Source: Eledone cirrhosa
Lineage: Eukaryota
Direction of reading: 5' to 3'
Assembly: GCA_964016885.1 (NCBI GenBank)
Contig: OZ024740.1
Location: 167,524,001-167,588,000, forward strand
Length of the DNA: 64,000 nucleotides
Shown here: piece after piece, positions 26,786 to 39,879 of the stretch
Layout of the letters: the number at the start of each line of letters is the position of its first letter
Position numbering within the stretch: the stretch's first letter is position 1
Position numbers and translations under genes: made by a program
The notes under the pieces: model-generated
Databases searched by the model: none
What the model saw: the letters and a program-made list of their open reading frames with translations, nothing else
What the model was told of the DNA's origin: nothing

Positions 26786-28218
26786 TAAACCATTTTGTTT
26801 GTTTACCCTCGCGTCCCCTTTATTTATGTGTCCCAACGACTTTTTTTAGCCGTTGCTCGCACCAACCGGAGGTATATGGTCTTTAAAGCGATGAAATGCC
26901 TATGATGGTTGGAAGATCACTGATGAAGGACAAACTTTTGCATATGTAGCCCATTTGCAACGCCGCAGCTCCATTATTATCATATTTACACATATATTTT
27001 TTCCTCTGCTGCTACCCGTCTGTTTCGTTCTTTGTATATTTACCCTTTCTAACAGTCTCTCTCTCTCTGTTAGCCTCTTCCTCACCCTTCACTCACTCAT
27101 TCTCTGTCACTTCCTCTCCTCCTCCTCTTTCTTCTCGTTTGACCTGTGTGTGATTCTTTTCTCTCACACGCTGGCCAAGCTGGTATGAATTTTTTTTCTC
27201 TCTCTCGTCTACGATTTCACAGAACTTATGTTTACCGAATTCGCAGACCAGACCCCTTCTTCCCCCCATTAGACATGTGCGAAATTCCTTCCTTGCTCAC
27301 ATTTCAAGCAGGTTTGATGGTCTTTATTCTCTCGTTCACGATTTCACCGAATTTAAATTCATAGAAATCTGGGACTTGTCTCTTTCTTCATCACTTTCTG
27401 TTGCTTAAACCATTTTGTTTGTTTACCCTCGCGTCCCCTTTATTTATGTGTCCCAACGACTTTTTTTAGCCGTTGCTCGCACCAACCGGAGGTATATGGT
27501 CTTTAAAGCGATGAAATGCCTATGATGGTTGGAAGATCACTGATGAAGGACAAACTTTTTCATATGTAGCCCATTTGCAACGCCGCAGCTCCATTATTAT
27601 CATATTTACACATATATTTTTTCCTCTGCTGCTACCCGTCTGTTTCGTTCTTTGTATCTTTACCCTTTCTAGCAGTCTCTCTCTCTCTGTTAGCCTCTTC
27701 CTCACCCTTCACTCACTCATTCTCTGTCACTACCTCTCCTCCTCCTCTTTCTTCCCGTTTGACCTGTGTGTGATTGTTTTCTCTCACACGCTGGCCAAGC
27801 TGGTATGAATTTTTTTTCTCTCTCTCGTCTACGATTTCACAGAACTTATGTTTACCGAATTCGCAGACCAGACCCCTTCTTCCCCCCATTAGACCTGTGC
27901 GAAATTCCTTCCTTGCTCACATTTCAAGCAGGTTTGATGGTCTTTATTCTCTCGTTCACGATTTCACCGAATTTAAATTCATAGAAATCTGGGACTTGTC
28001 TCTTTCTTCATCACTTTCTGTTGCTTAAACCATTTTGTTTGTTTACCCTCGCGTCCCCTTTATTTATGTGTCCCAACGACTTTTTTTAGCCGTTGCTCGC
28101 ACCAACCGGAGGTATACGGTCTTTAAAGCGATGAAATGCCTATGATGGTTGGAAGATCACTGATGAAGGACAAACTTTTTCATATGTAACCCATTTGCAA
28201 CGCCGCAGCTCCATTATT

Positions 28219-28225
<7 letters not shown>
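26786..28225. repeat. Tandem array of a 620-bp unit, about 2.3 nearly identical copies, ending in (TA)n
   Basis: Unit starts TAAACCATTTTG at 26786, 27406 and 28026. Only scattered substitutions separate the copies. Confidence 0.95.
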
Positions 28226-28277
<52 letters not shown>

Positions 28278-28723
28278 ATGTATAACTTCTCCTCTATGTA
28301 TACTATTTTATATGTGAAAGTGGTAGAAAATGATTATTACATACACCTGCGAGTGTTTGTGTATTTATGCATGTATGTGGGTGCGTATACGTCTTAGCTG
28401 AAAATATCCCTGAAGCTATAAAACTGGTTTCAAATACATATTAGTCCTGAGGCAAAATCCTCTCATGCACATTTTATTGTGACCAATGTTTAAAAGGAAC
28501 ACATGTAATGATATCTTTGTGTGTTTGTGATTGTGAGCGCTTATATATGTGTGTGTGAAGGATCGCATGTGTGTGAATGCGATTTTTATTGTTTCACGTA
28601 TATATATATAATGAATATGCGTTATTCTATGTAGTAAGATTTGCAGGATTTTAGAAATAATTCGTGTGTGTATGTGTATGTGTGTGTGTGTGTGTGTATG
28701 TGTGTGTGTGTCTGTGTGTATGT

Positions 28724-28833
<110 letters not shown>

Positions 28834-28904
28834 CTTCGTCGATCAATATAAAAGCATCTAAATGCAACAATGCTTACAATGCCTGTTGCATACTCGCAAC
28901 ACAC

Positions 28905-28956
<52 letters not shown>

Positions 28957-29552
28957 CATATATGTGCATATGTAATTTTACACTAACTCAAACACATACA
29001 TACATATTCATTTATAATAAAATCCTTTGTTGCGTAGCGGTATTTATAGATGGGAGTGTGTTTCTGATTTTGAATATCTGATATTATGTGTATATATTTT
29101 AAAGAATAGTAACAGTTAGAAAAAGATAGAATGAGAGAAATAGAAAGGAAGTGTCAAATTTTTTTCTATTGTATAATCTGCTTCGGAATCTCGGTCTCTG
29201 TAGTTCAGCATTATCCTATTAGTTACAGTAATATAGACACATGTTCTTTAACACAATGCGACGTCCATCTACAACAAAAGCGTGACATCAGACAAAGATT
29301 TTATTGGTAGTTTTAATATCTACTTTGCTTAAAGAGAAGTTCCTAGTTCGTTCCAAGCAATAACACTACGTAAAATTGGTGTTTACAAGTTCACAGGTTT
29401 ATCGACTTATAATGTAATAATGTACTGTATAGTGCTTTTTATCGCCTTATAATGAACTCTGGCGTATGCTTTATCGACATTTAATGTACTGTATAGGAGG
29501 ATTTCATCATTGCTTACACTTGCTACGTATAACACCATCACACACCCACACG

Positions 29553-29620
<68 letters not shown>

Positions 29621-30284
29621 GTATATAGGGTTGTATATATATATATATATATGTATATGTGTGAGTGTGTGTGTGATGTGTGTGTATGTTTTTCCGTGTG
29701 TATCCGTGTGTTTGTCTGTATGTGTATTATCTTTATCAGTGTTTTTCATTTTTATTCGTTTGACAACTGTAAGATTCAATACTTTTTCAGATGTACATAA
29801 ATCTGCATCTTACATATAACTCCTCATTTCCAATTGTATATATCGATGTCAGCGATTCATTCATGTTGTTTATATAAGTGTATGCATATAAATAAATACA
29901 CACACTAATATATGTATGCATGTATGTATCTTTGTGTATGAGTTTATGCATTTATTTTTAAATATTTTTTCTCATAATGAAAGAATACAAAATGTCAGAA
30001 TTTTCAATTGTTGAGAGGTGACTAGAAGAATGACAGTTCGATCTAAGACACAGGGTTTCTAGTTGTCACACATTGTTCTATAGGACGCTTAGCATTAGAG
30101 TAGAAACTGATTGAAGCTAGAATGTTCTCTATATCACATTTAATGATCCCGTTATTCACCTATTTATTTCCTATCAGTTATTCTTCTTCATTTTTTCTCA
30201 AACAATCCGTGAATATATCTATTTTCAAAGCGTTTGAACAACACATTCATATCTTTATGTTAGCTAGAGAGAACCGCTGAATAG

Positions 30285-30570
30285 ATGTCTAAAGTCTGTC
30301 TTAAGCCAGAAGCCTCGTTAGGCCTGTGCTTATCCCAGTTTCATAGTACGAAGCGACTGGGAGAACAAGACTCCCTCATGTACAAGACGCCCGTCCATCC
30401 TAGGGTTAAAGTCCCAGATATTGCTGGTACTAATTTTCTGCTGAGCATACTGGAGCAACGTGAAATGTAGTATTTTGCTCAAGAGCTCCACACACAACCC
30501 AGCCCAGGAATCGAACCCACGGCAGTTTGATCGAAAGTCCAACACCCTTGCCATTAATCCATGCGCCTAC
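30285..30570 (-). mobile_element. tRNA-derived SINE family B (V-domain-like)
   Basis: Reverse complement of 52570-52850, with B-box GGTTCGATTCC and tail CTGGCTTAAGACAGACTTTAGAC. Confidence 0.8.
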
Positions 30571-30939
30571 AATAAGGAACTACTTAATCCTTTAAAAGGT
30601 GAGCATGAACGAGGCATCGCAACAGGCTTGCTAGCAGTAAGAATGACCCTGGAATATTTCTTCGAAAAAAAACAAGAAGAATGTGTTCACTAAAGCTGCA
30701 TTCACTAAAACACGAAGCCTAGACAATTATTGGATGGGTCTGTGTTACGAAAGCGCATCGTGGCCAATGAATTCCCTTTCTGAATAGATGCAATTTGATG
30801 TGAAAGAGATATATGCAGTTTTGTAGCAACGCTTTGCAAAATGTTTGCAAAGAGTGGTTAACTGGAGACGAATGACCATGATGCTTATCTTGCAGTTTCG
30901 ATATAACAGGTAGAGCGTCGAACAACATGCTTCGCACCA

Positions 30940-31330
30940 TAGAATTACGGCACTTTATGTTCTGAGTTCAAATCTCTCCGAGAGTAGCGTTGCCGTTCAT
31001 CCTTACGGGATCGAGAAAATATAGTACCAGTAATGCACTGGTATCGAGTTAATCGACTTTCCTCTCGCCTTCAAATTGCTGGCGATCTGCCTAAATCAGA
31101 AAACATTATTATAATTCCGGCTGTAAATTGGCAGTATTGGTGGAGCGTCAGACAGTATGCTTTGCAGGATAGAGTTATGGCCCTTTACGTTCTCAGTTCA
31201 AATCCCGCCGAGGTTGGCTTTGCCTTTCATACTTACGGGATCGATAAAATAAAGCACCAGTAATGCACTGGAGTCGATTTAATCGACTTTCCCTTCTCCC
31301 AAAATTGCTGGTCTTGTGCCAATAGTAAAA
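30940..31330 (+). mobile_element. Two tandem SINE family A copies
   Basis: Family core at about 30960-31110 and 31128-31330. Confidence 0.85.
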
Positions 31331-31393
<63 letters not shown>

Positions 31394-31400
31394 GTTATTA

Positions 31401-33416
31401 CTCCTTGAGTCTGAGTCATTGATGTTAGTTAACTGGAAAGTTTGTTGGCATGAATATCAAGCCACTACCTGCAGCCTCAGATATTCAGGACGTATCGGAG
31501 GGTTCTTGCTGTTCCCAGCAAGCATGCCCTTTGAAGCGTTCCAAAAAGCGTGAAGGGGCCGATTTTCTTTAACCATCCCTGGAAACTTTTGGAGATAGTC
31601 CCCAGTGCGCCTATGACAATCGGGATCACTTTGACTTCATGGCAGTTCCAAATCCTTTTTACCTCCCACTTTAAGTCCTGGTATCGGTTAATTTTCTCCC
31701 TCTCCTTCTCTTGCACTCTCGTGTCGAATGGGCAGGCCACATCCACAATCGGGCACGATCTTTTTTCTTTGTCCACAACCACCAGGTCAGGTCTATTGTG
31801 TTCCAGTTTCTTGTCCGTCTGTATCCTAAAATCCCACAGCACCTTCACCTGATCGTTTTCTATCACCGCCTCTGGCTTATGCTCATACCATTTCTCAGAA
31901 TGTGGTAACTTGTTTACTTTGCACAGGTGCCAGTGGATCACCCTGCCCATCACATCATGTCTCCAGCCCTTATAGTGGGTCTGGGCTAGGTGTTTACACT
32001 CGGATACAATGTGAGCCACAGTCTCCTCTCTCTCTCCACAGATCCTGCACAGTGGGCTAGCCTCCTCCTTGTAAATATGGTGTTTCAACCACTTCGTTTT
32101 GAGGGCCTGCTCCTGCGCAACCATTAACATTCCTTCTGTAGCCTATTTAAGATCTCCTCTTTTCAACCAGTTCCATGTCTGTGGATCTCTAAATTCAGTT
32201 TTCTCAAAGAAGGTACTATGAAGGGATTTTTCCTGTAGGCTGCTCTTTCTCCTTGATGTTATTTCCTCCTTGGACATCCCCTGGCCTATTATCCCCTCCT
32301 TTAGTACAGTTCTGAGCATTGGCTCCTTACTATCAGTCACGTATTTGTGTAGGTTGTTTTTCTCCATCTGAACACAGTCCTCTATGCTGATAAGACCTCT
32401 TCCACCCTCAGATCTCCTTAAGTAGAGTCTATCGACATCACTCCTCTTGTGGAACATGTTGTAGATAGTCAATAGCTTCCTAGTCTTCCTATCCATTTCT
32501 TTTTGTTCAGCAACATTCCATCTCAGAATTCCCCCACTGTAGATAATAATAGACACAGCTCGGGAATTTACTGCGCTTATGGCATTTCTGCTGTTCAGAT
32601 GTGACTTCAATACGCTCCTTACTCTCCGAATGTATTCAGTTCTTAACAATTCCTTCATTTTTTTGTTCTTTATGCCATCAGCCTCCAGAACGCCCAAATA
32701 CTTGTATCCTTCCTCAGAGTCAATTTCCTTTATCATCTCACCTGTTGGTATCTGGATTCCGTTACTTCTGCTCAACCTATCCCTCCTCATCACAATGACT
32801 CCACACTTACTAATACCAAATTGCATACATATATCACTGCTGAAAATACGGACAGTGTCAACAAGCACATCCAACTCCTTCTCACTCTTAAGATCGTCCA
32901 TGAAGAGGCGGTGATTGATGGTAAGCACTCCCTTTCCCAACCTGTATCCTGCTCTCACTTTTCGCAGTACACTGGTCAGGGGCATCAGGGCAAGGACAAA
33001 CAACAGAGGGGACAGGCTATCTCCCTGGAAGATACCTCTCTTGATCTTCACGCTTCTCAAGGATTCTCCACTTGATGTCAACTCTGTTTCCCAGGACCCC
33101 ATACTTTTGCCCAACAACTGTCTGATGCTATCTGCCACCCTGAAGATCTCCAGGCTTTTGGTGATCCAAGAATGAGGCACCATGTCAAATGCCTTTCTGT
33201 AGTCTATCCATCCCATGGCAAGATCAGTGTGTCTCCTCTTGCAATTCCCCATTACCATATTATCAATAAGTAACTGGTCCTTTGTACCACGTGACTTCTT
33301 TCGGCATCCTTTCTGTTCGTCCGGTAACAAGTTGTTTGTGTGGAGGTGATGGTAGATTTCCTCAGACACAATGCTAGTCAACAGTTTCCACATTACGGAC
33401 AGACATGTGATAGGTC
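31401..33416 (-). mobile_element. R4/Dong-clade non-LTR retrotransposon (RT plus restriction-like endonuclease), 5'-truncated, between (ATT)n tracts
   Basis: RT motifs [38 protein letters not shown] and YKYLG. CCHC finger CRIC-x8-H-x4-C. RLE motifs RHD, RPDLV, DVACP and KINRYQDL. One in-frame TAG at 32143-32145. (ATT)n at 31331-31400 and 33417-33500. Confidence 0.93.
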
Positions 33417-33501
<85 letters not shown>

Positions 33502-33514
33502 TTAGTGCGGTGGA

Positions 33515-33697
33515 TTGGCAGTGTCGGTAGAGGGTCGGACGCCATGCTTTGCAGCAAAGAGTTACCGCTCTTTATGATCTGAGGTCAAATTTCACCGAGG
33601 TTAACTTTGCTTTTCATCCTTACAGGGTTGATAAAGTACCAGTAATACACTGGGATAATTGCTGGCATTGTGCCAAAAGTAAAAACAATTTTTATTA
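33515..33697 (+). mobile_element. SINE family A copy
   Basis: Head TGGCAGTGTCGGTAGAG plus family core. Confidence 0.85.
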
Positions 33698-34237
33698 TTA
33701 TCACACGGATGTGGCGGTACTCGTGTTGGTAGTGGTGCCGGTAGGGCTTGAGAAGTTCTTTTTTCGAAATTGTTTCATTTTTCGAATACTTCTTCCAATC
33801 ATGTTTAATGGTTAGTCAGCTGAGATGAATCATGCATTGACGAATTTGATTCAATACATTATGCTACGTTGATTCTGCTTGAAAATTATGTTGAGAGTGC
33901 ACGTGTCTTTAAAATACTCAGCCAACTACACGTTATTTAATGTCATTGACGTTTATTTGTGATCAAACATCTGAATACTCATCGCAGAAACTGACAAAGG
34001 ATCCATCATTTATTACGTAAGCATTTCAGATGTTATAATATGAATTACATATATTAGGCATTTATATATATGGCTTAAGACAGAAGTAACCAACTAGCGC
34101 TGCCAAACCATTTGCCTTGTGCTTGTCAGATGACCGAGCAGCAAATTATACCAAATTGGACCTGTCAGTTGTAGCTGTCAAAATTGAAACTTTAAAGATT
34201 TTTTGTACTTGATAAGCTAACAGTATTTATTTTCTTT

Positions 34238-34418
34238 CGGCAGTATCGGTAGAGGGTCTGACGCTATGCTTTGCAGCAAAGAGTTACGCCCCTTTATGGT
34301 TTGAGTTCAAATCCCGCCGAGGTTAACTTTGCCTTTCATCCTTACGGGGTCGATAAAATAAAGTACCAGTAATGCACTGGATAATTGCTGGCCTTGTGCC
34401 AAAAGTAGAAACAATTAT
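34238..34418 (+). mobile_element. SINE family A, near-consensus full copy
   Basis: A-box-like GGCAGTATCGGTAGAG, B-box GAGTTCAAATCCC, central GCCTTTCATCCTTACGGGGTCGATAAA and tail GGCCTTGTGCCAAAAGTAGAAACAATT. Confidence 0.9.
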
Positions 34419-35150
34419 ATCACATGACCACTGGCAGATAGGCTGACCAACAAACGCTTAATGAAGTCCAGAAGCAAAGTGAAATTCTTCTCTGTTAATA
34501 ACTAATAATGAATCTCCTTGAGTCGGTACACACACACAAACACATGCAGAGAGAGAGAGAGAGAGAGAGAGATGAGAGAGAGATGAGAGAGAGAGAGAGA
34601 GAGATGAGAGAAGAGAGAGTGAGAGAGAGAGAGGAGAGAGAGTGAGTGAGAGAGAGAGTGTCTGTGTATATATAGATAAGACTCTCCTTATCTATGAGCA
34701 TGTGTGCGTGAATGTGTTTAATCATAATTGAAAAAATGATAATGAAAGAGACACTAGACACCAATTTTATTTGTTTAAAGATGTAGTCAAATCACCCTTA
34801 GTTCACACCCTACTCTATTCAATACAGAAAATGTGAACAATGTATTTTCTCACGGGATGGGGCCATTTTGATTGTAGTTCTGCTTGGTCAGGGTTTATCT
34901 ACTGGAGCTGAGCAACAACAACCGTAAATAAGTAACTTTAAAATGCCTACTAAATGTTGAACAAGGTCAGTAATGTGTTGCGAATTTAAAGACAACTATA
35001 TCGGCCATACGACATGCCTAGTGTTTTATTATTTCATATTGCACATTTAAATAGAAGAAACAATTTATATAACGTAATTCAAAAGAAAGGAATAGCAGAT
35101 TAACTACTGTGAAATGAAAAAAAATACAACTAGTATATATCGATATATTC

Positions 35151-35232
35151 AATATAGAAATGGCTTCTACAGGACTAGAACTGTTTCCTTCAAATAAAAC
35201 AGTCCTAGTCTTGTAGAAGCCATTTCTATATT
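35151..35232. repeat. Near-perfect hairpin with 36-bp arms
   Basis: AATATAGAAATGGCTTCTACAGGACTAGAACTGTTT paired with AAACAGTCCTAGTCTTGTAGAAGCCATTTCTATATT. Confidence 0.9.
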
Positions 35233-35336
35233 AAATATGTATACTCTGCTATGTATTGAATACCTTATTTACTGTGGTTACCCCCGATTGAACCCAGCAT
35301 ACACACACACACATACATATATATTTATATTTAACA

Positions 35337-35457
<121 letters not shown>

Positions 35458-35480
35458 TATAGAGAGAGAGAGAGAAGAGA

Positions 35481-35536
<56 letters not shown>

Positions 35537-35595
35537 GAATTCCCATGTCGATTCAATTTGGATTGCCTCGGAAACAACCTTATTATGTAACAAGC

Positions 35596-35665
35596 TGTCT
35601 GATGATGACACGACACTCGCACACAGAACAGTGTGGCCAGTGTCGTCATTGAAATATATATCACA
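35596..35665 (+). ncRNA. Type-I hammerhead candidate with long stem II, in a short element (35538-35797) ending at (TA)n
   Basis: TGT CTGATGA TGAC-AC-GACACT..CACAC(AGAACA)GTGTG..AGTGTC-GTCA-TT GAAA TATATA TC|ACA. Confidence 0.65.
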
Positions 35666-35792
35666 CCATTATTATTAAAGGGACTTGAACATCTGAAACT
35701 ACTTCGTTTATCCTTATTCGATATTTACTCCGTCACGCTATGTGGAAAAAGTACGTTGAGTGCGCTTGATTTGAATTGCATCAATGTTTACC

Positions 35793-35833
<41 letters not shown>

Positions 35834-35838
35834 ATATA

Positions 35839-35927
<89 letters not shown>

Positions 35928-36006
35928 TATATAAAATCTAAAGTCTGTCTTAAGCCAGAAGGCTCATTTGGCCGGTGAATAGCCGAGCTTCTCAGGGGGT
36001 AATTCC

Positions 36007-36408
36007 ATATATGGTAAAAAGTGATTGTCACAAAGGATTGGTCAAAAGTTTGTTGTTGAGACACATAATTCTATCATGGCAATTTGTGGAAGGAAGGGGT
36101 TAGCTGAACCTGCCAGTAGAAGAAAGAGGGAGAGGGGAGTGGTGGAAACCCAGTCGTGCGTAGATAGTGCCACATTGCCATGATAGAATTATGTGTCTCA
36201 ACAACAAACTTTTGACCGATCCTTGTGACAATCACTTTTACCATATATTACCAGGATAAAAATGTTCATTTAGTCCAGAACTAGCCGTCGAAACGGCTTG
36301 AGCTCAGCCGTCGGGGTCCTACTCGTTCCTATTACCCACTCTACTAGTCTAAGTATTGAGTACTTTGGTGCGTTATGTCCACCTGGTTCCTTACACATTT
36401 CCTTCGTT
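36007..36408 (+). mobile_element. 3'-UTR fragment of the PLE family at 2872-5543 with an inverted 5' copy
   Basis: Inverted arms 36007-36089 and 36170-36248 match 5345-5420. Hammerhead 3' half TAGCCGTCGAAACGGCTTGAGCTC-GCCGTCGGGG at 36282-36316. Confidence 0.85.
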
Positions 36409-36464
36409 ATATTTATATATATATATAAAATCAAAAGATGGTTAAAAAGAGTTACATGTATTAT

Positions 36465-36533
36465 ATTTTATTATGCGCATTTCAAAAACATATATCATCA
36501 TGGGATGATATTTGCGGTGTCATCAGATAAAAT
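36465..36533 (-). ncRNA. Type-I hammerhead ribozyme with 7-bp stem I and palindromic stem III
   Basis: Minus strand reads ATTTTAT CTGATGA CACCGCAAATATCATCCCATGATGATATATGTTTTT GAAA TGCGCA TA|ATAAAAT. The base of stem II is decayed. Confidence 0.75.
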
Positions 36534-36587
36534 AGGGAGACATGATATGAAGCTTAAAAAACACTTGCGAGCAGTGAAGTGTTAAAT

Positions 36588-36629
<42 letters not shown>

Positions 36630-36719
36630 ATTTAACACTTCACTGCTCGCAAGGGATTTTTAAGCTTCATATCATGTCTCCCTATTTTATCTGATGACAC
36701 CGCTAATATCATCCCATGA

Positions 36720-36726
<7 letters not shown>
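36491..36726. repeat. Palindrome with 100-bp arms centred on a (TA)n tract
   Basis: 36491-36592 is the reverse complement of 36625-36726 with few mismatches. Confidence 0.92.
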
Positions 36727-36775
<49 letters not shown>

Positions 36776-36830
36776 CATATACTATATAATATACATATAT
36801 ATATCTATATATATACATATATATATACTA

Positions 36831-36911
<81 letters not shown>

Positions 36912-36953
36912 TATATACATATATATACTATATATATATATATATATAATATA

Positions 36954-37001
<48 letters not shown>

Positions 37002-37009
<8 letters not shown>

Positions 37010-37729
37010 ATGCTTTGGGGAGGGTCATGTGCCAATAAGATACACACACACCAGAACTTTCACTTCAATTTATTATAATTATATTTTTAAATTTAGGAAT
37101 TTATAAATTTCCGTTGGTTGGTTGGTTCCACAACCAGACGATTGTTGATATATTGTCAAAGTTCTTTCGTCACACATTACATGACCTCTTCAGTGACTGG
37201 GGATTATTTTCTTTGTTTTTTGCATCTCTCCTTTGTTCTGTCCTACGCCATCTTGTTTATGTGTGTGTTGTGTGCTTAGTTTGCGCGTGTGTATATCCGG
37301 GTGTCTGCGTGTGTTTATATTTGTTTATTTATTTGTTTATTTACATCTTACTGGTTGGTTGTTTGTTCTATGTGTGTGTGTCTTTTCATTTTGTCCTTAA
37401 TTCTAAGTTGTGATATTGCTGTTCCATTCATGTTTTCTATTTAATTTTGGTTGGAGAGGCACAAAAACAAAGAAAAGATCCCAGTCACTGAAGAGGTCAC
37501 AGAATGTGTGACGAAGGAACTATTACACTATATGACAATCGTCTGGTTTTGGAACCAACCAACCAACCGGAAATTTATAATTCCTAAATTTATAAATATA
37601 AATTTAATTTATAATAAATTGAAGTGAAAGCAACTGGTGCGTGTGCAACATGACCTCCAAAAGCATAACAATATCGGTTTCAACACATGTTTTCAGATAA
37701 AGAATCTTGGCTAAACAAATTCAGAAACG

Positions 37730-37730
<1 letters not shown>
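37002..37730. mobile_element. PLE-type terminal element with 225-bp inverted arms, each carrying a hammerhead motif, flanked by (TA)n
   Basis: 37002-37231 is inverted at 37453-37674. Minus-strand motif GTCA CTGAAGA G GTCAT..GTGAC GAAAG AA CTT|TGAC at 37155-37197. Decayed plus-strand copy at 37484-37526. Confidence 0.8.
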
Positions 37731-37767
<37 letters not shown>

Positions 37768-38129
37768 GGATATTTCGGGTCCCACGTGTAAACGTTCTAT
37801 TTTCGGCTTCTATATTGAAAGGTCAGTAGCCTAAAAATGTTGTTTGCTATTATTCATATATACATTATTTCCGGAATTTAGTTAATAAGAACATTTGCAA
37901 AGATAGCTTTTTGTGTATTGAAGGAATATACAGGTGGTAATGGAGTTGTACCATATAGAATCCTCGAAAGAAGTTAATACACATGTAGTAATGTAATGAA
38001 GGGGAAACGGAAGTAGACGTGATGGGAAGCTTTCAAGTGGAGATGAGTTTGACAACAACAGCAAGTTCTGTAGAATTAAGACTGTTATAGCAATAGCAGA
38101 GAAAGCAGAGTTGGAGAAAAAGAAAGAAG

Positions 38130-38142
38130 AAAGAAAAAGACA

Positions 38143-38182
<40 letters not shown>

Positions 38183-38232
38183 AGAAAGAAAGAAAGAAAG
38201 AAAGAAAAGAAAGAAGAAAGAAAAGAAAAGAA
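38130..38232. repeat. (AAAG)n microsatellite
   Basis: Direct reading. Confidence 0.95.
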
Positions 38233-39879
38233 GACGCAGTATTAAGATAAATCAGGGTTTGAAGATTTTCAGCTGAGATGTGGGTTTATTGATCTGGTGA
38301 AAGCTTTATTCTAGAAATCGTTGAGGATGTCAATGAAGTAGATGCAACATGCCAAGTATTAGAAAGCGTATTAGCACATTGTCAAAGATTAACAGTGTAC
38401 AAAATGACGAATACAATAATAACGAAACAAAAAATAAAAATATTATCTGAATAGCAGCGAAAGTGCAACGGTTTATTTCCCAACATATTATTATAGTTAG
38501 ACAAATTGAAAATAGATTTGCTCGTATATATCTAATAAATTTAACGTCAGCACTTCAATATCAATATATCGTCTATTCTCTCCCTGTTACATCAAAATAG
38601 AGAAATTTACAGAAACATTTAATTATATTTGTTTTAGTACACTTATGAAAAGAGTTATTTGTATATATATATATAATCAACGGATAAAATAACTTTTTAT
38701 ATATGAGGTCCTCTATGTATAATGATATTTCGAATTTAGACACATGGCCGATACTTTGAAGGGATTAAGAAATCATTTAAAGTGATACCATAACTTTACT
38801 GCTACGTAGTTTATCGAAGGCAGACCGATGAAAATCAATGTGTACCTCGATAGGTTTTGAACGTAGAACCAAAAATTCCACTCATATACATCACTGACAC
38901 AGAAAGACTCTCGTCAAGGAAGTGCTCATGGGAAATTTAGGTGTCAGAGCGGAAAAAAAGCCACTTCATTGTGTTGTAAATATATTTCTGTATAACCAGG
39001 AAGTTTAATTTTCACGTTTGTCTATTTGTTGCACTTTCCATAAAACCGGAGTTCATTTTCGTAAAGCCATCCATGGGATGTACTTACATGTTAATGTCAC
39101 TCTTAGATATGATCCGTTAGTTCTTCGTTTGCTTTACGAAGGACACCGAATAAAGGGAGATGAAGGTCAACTTCTCTTTGGGCGTTCTACTCACATTTTC
39201 TTTGTTTTTTTTATATTCTGGGGTCTTGTTTCTTTTTTATTATTTGGGCTATATACGACCCCTTTCTACATCTGTTCGTTGTTCCTTTTCCCCACTCCGT
39301 CACAAGGCGACGGTATGCCATTGCTGGATGACGTTTCTGGCTTCCTGATCGTTTGCTTCTTTGTCCTAGTTTATGGAGACTTAAGACAAGATGATTCATC
39401 CGGTTAGCTTCTAAACTATAGCATGGGATGCGTCTCATGGTATTCTTGAAAGCAATGCCTCCATGATCTGCTCGTGATATTTATGGTTAAGCTGCCTTCT
39501 TTTATACACTCCTTAAGTTCTTCTGGGCAGAAAACTGGCCTTAATTTTTACACATGTAGCCACTAAGTTTCAGCTCTGCAAAAGAGAGCCTCATAGTTAT
39601 TTACTTACTTCTGAAAGCAAATCCTCTGATAGCATTAGGGTTTGTATACCCATAGAGATTCAAACCTATCGCATGTTATTCTCCCTTGCAACTGCAATCG
39701 CGACTTCTGTGTACTATGTGAAAATCAAAGCATTTCCTCGAGGCATGTTCTGCAGCAGCTGTACAACGCATTAACTTAGCCTTAGATTTAACAATTCGAT
39801 ATTGTATTCCCTACCCCTTACCTCACATTTAGTGGAAATATCTGCCAATGCCGAAATATGCCCACAGCTGTTGCCCGGT

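Noticed and set aside
26890-26932. GAAA-TGCCTA-TGAT...ATCA-CTGATGA as a type-II hammerhead or C/D-box snoRNA in the 620-bp unit
   Set aside because: Stem I pairs but stems II and III do not. There is no proper box C with a terminal stem.
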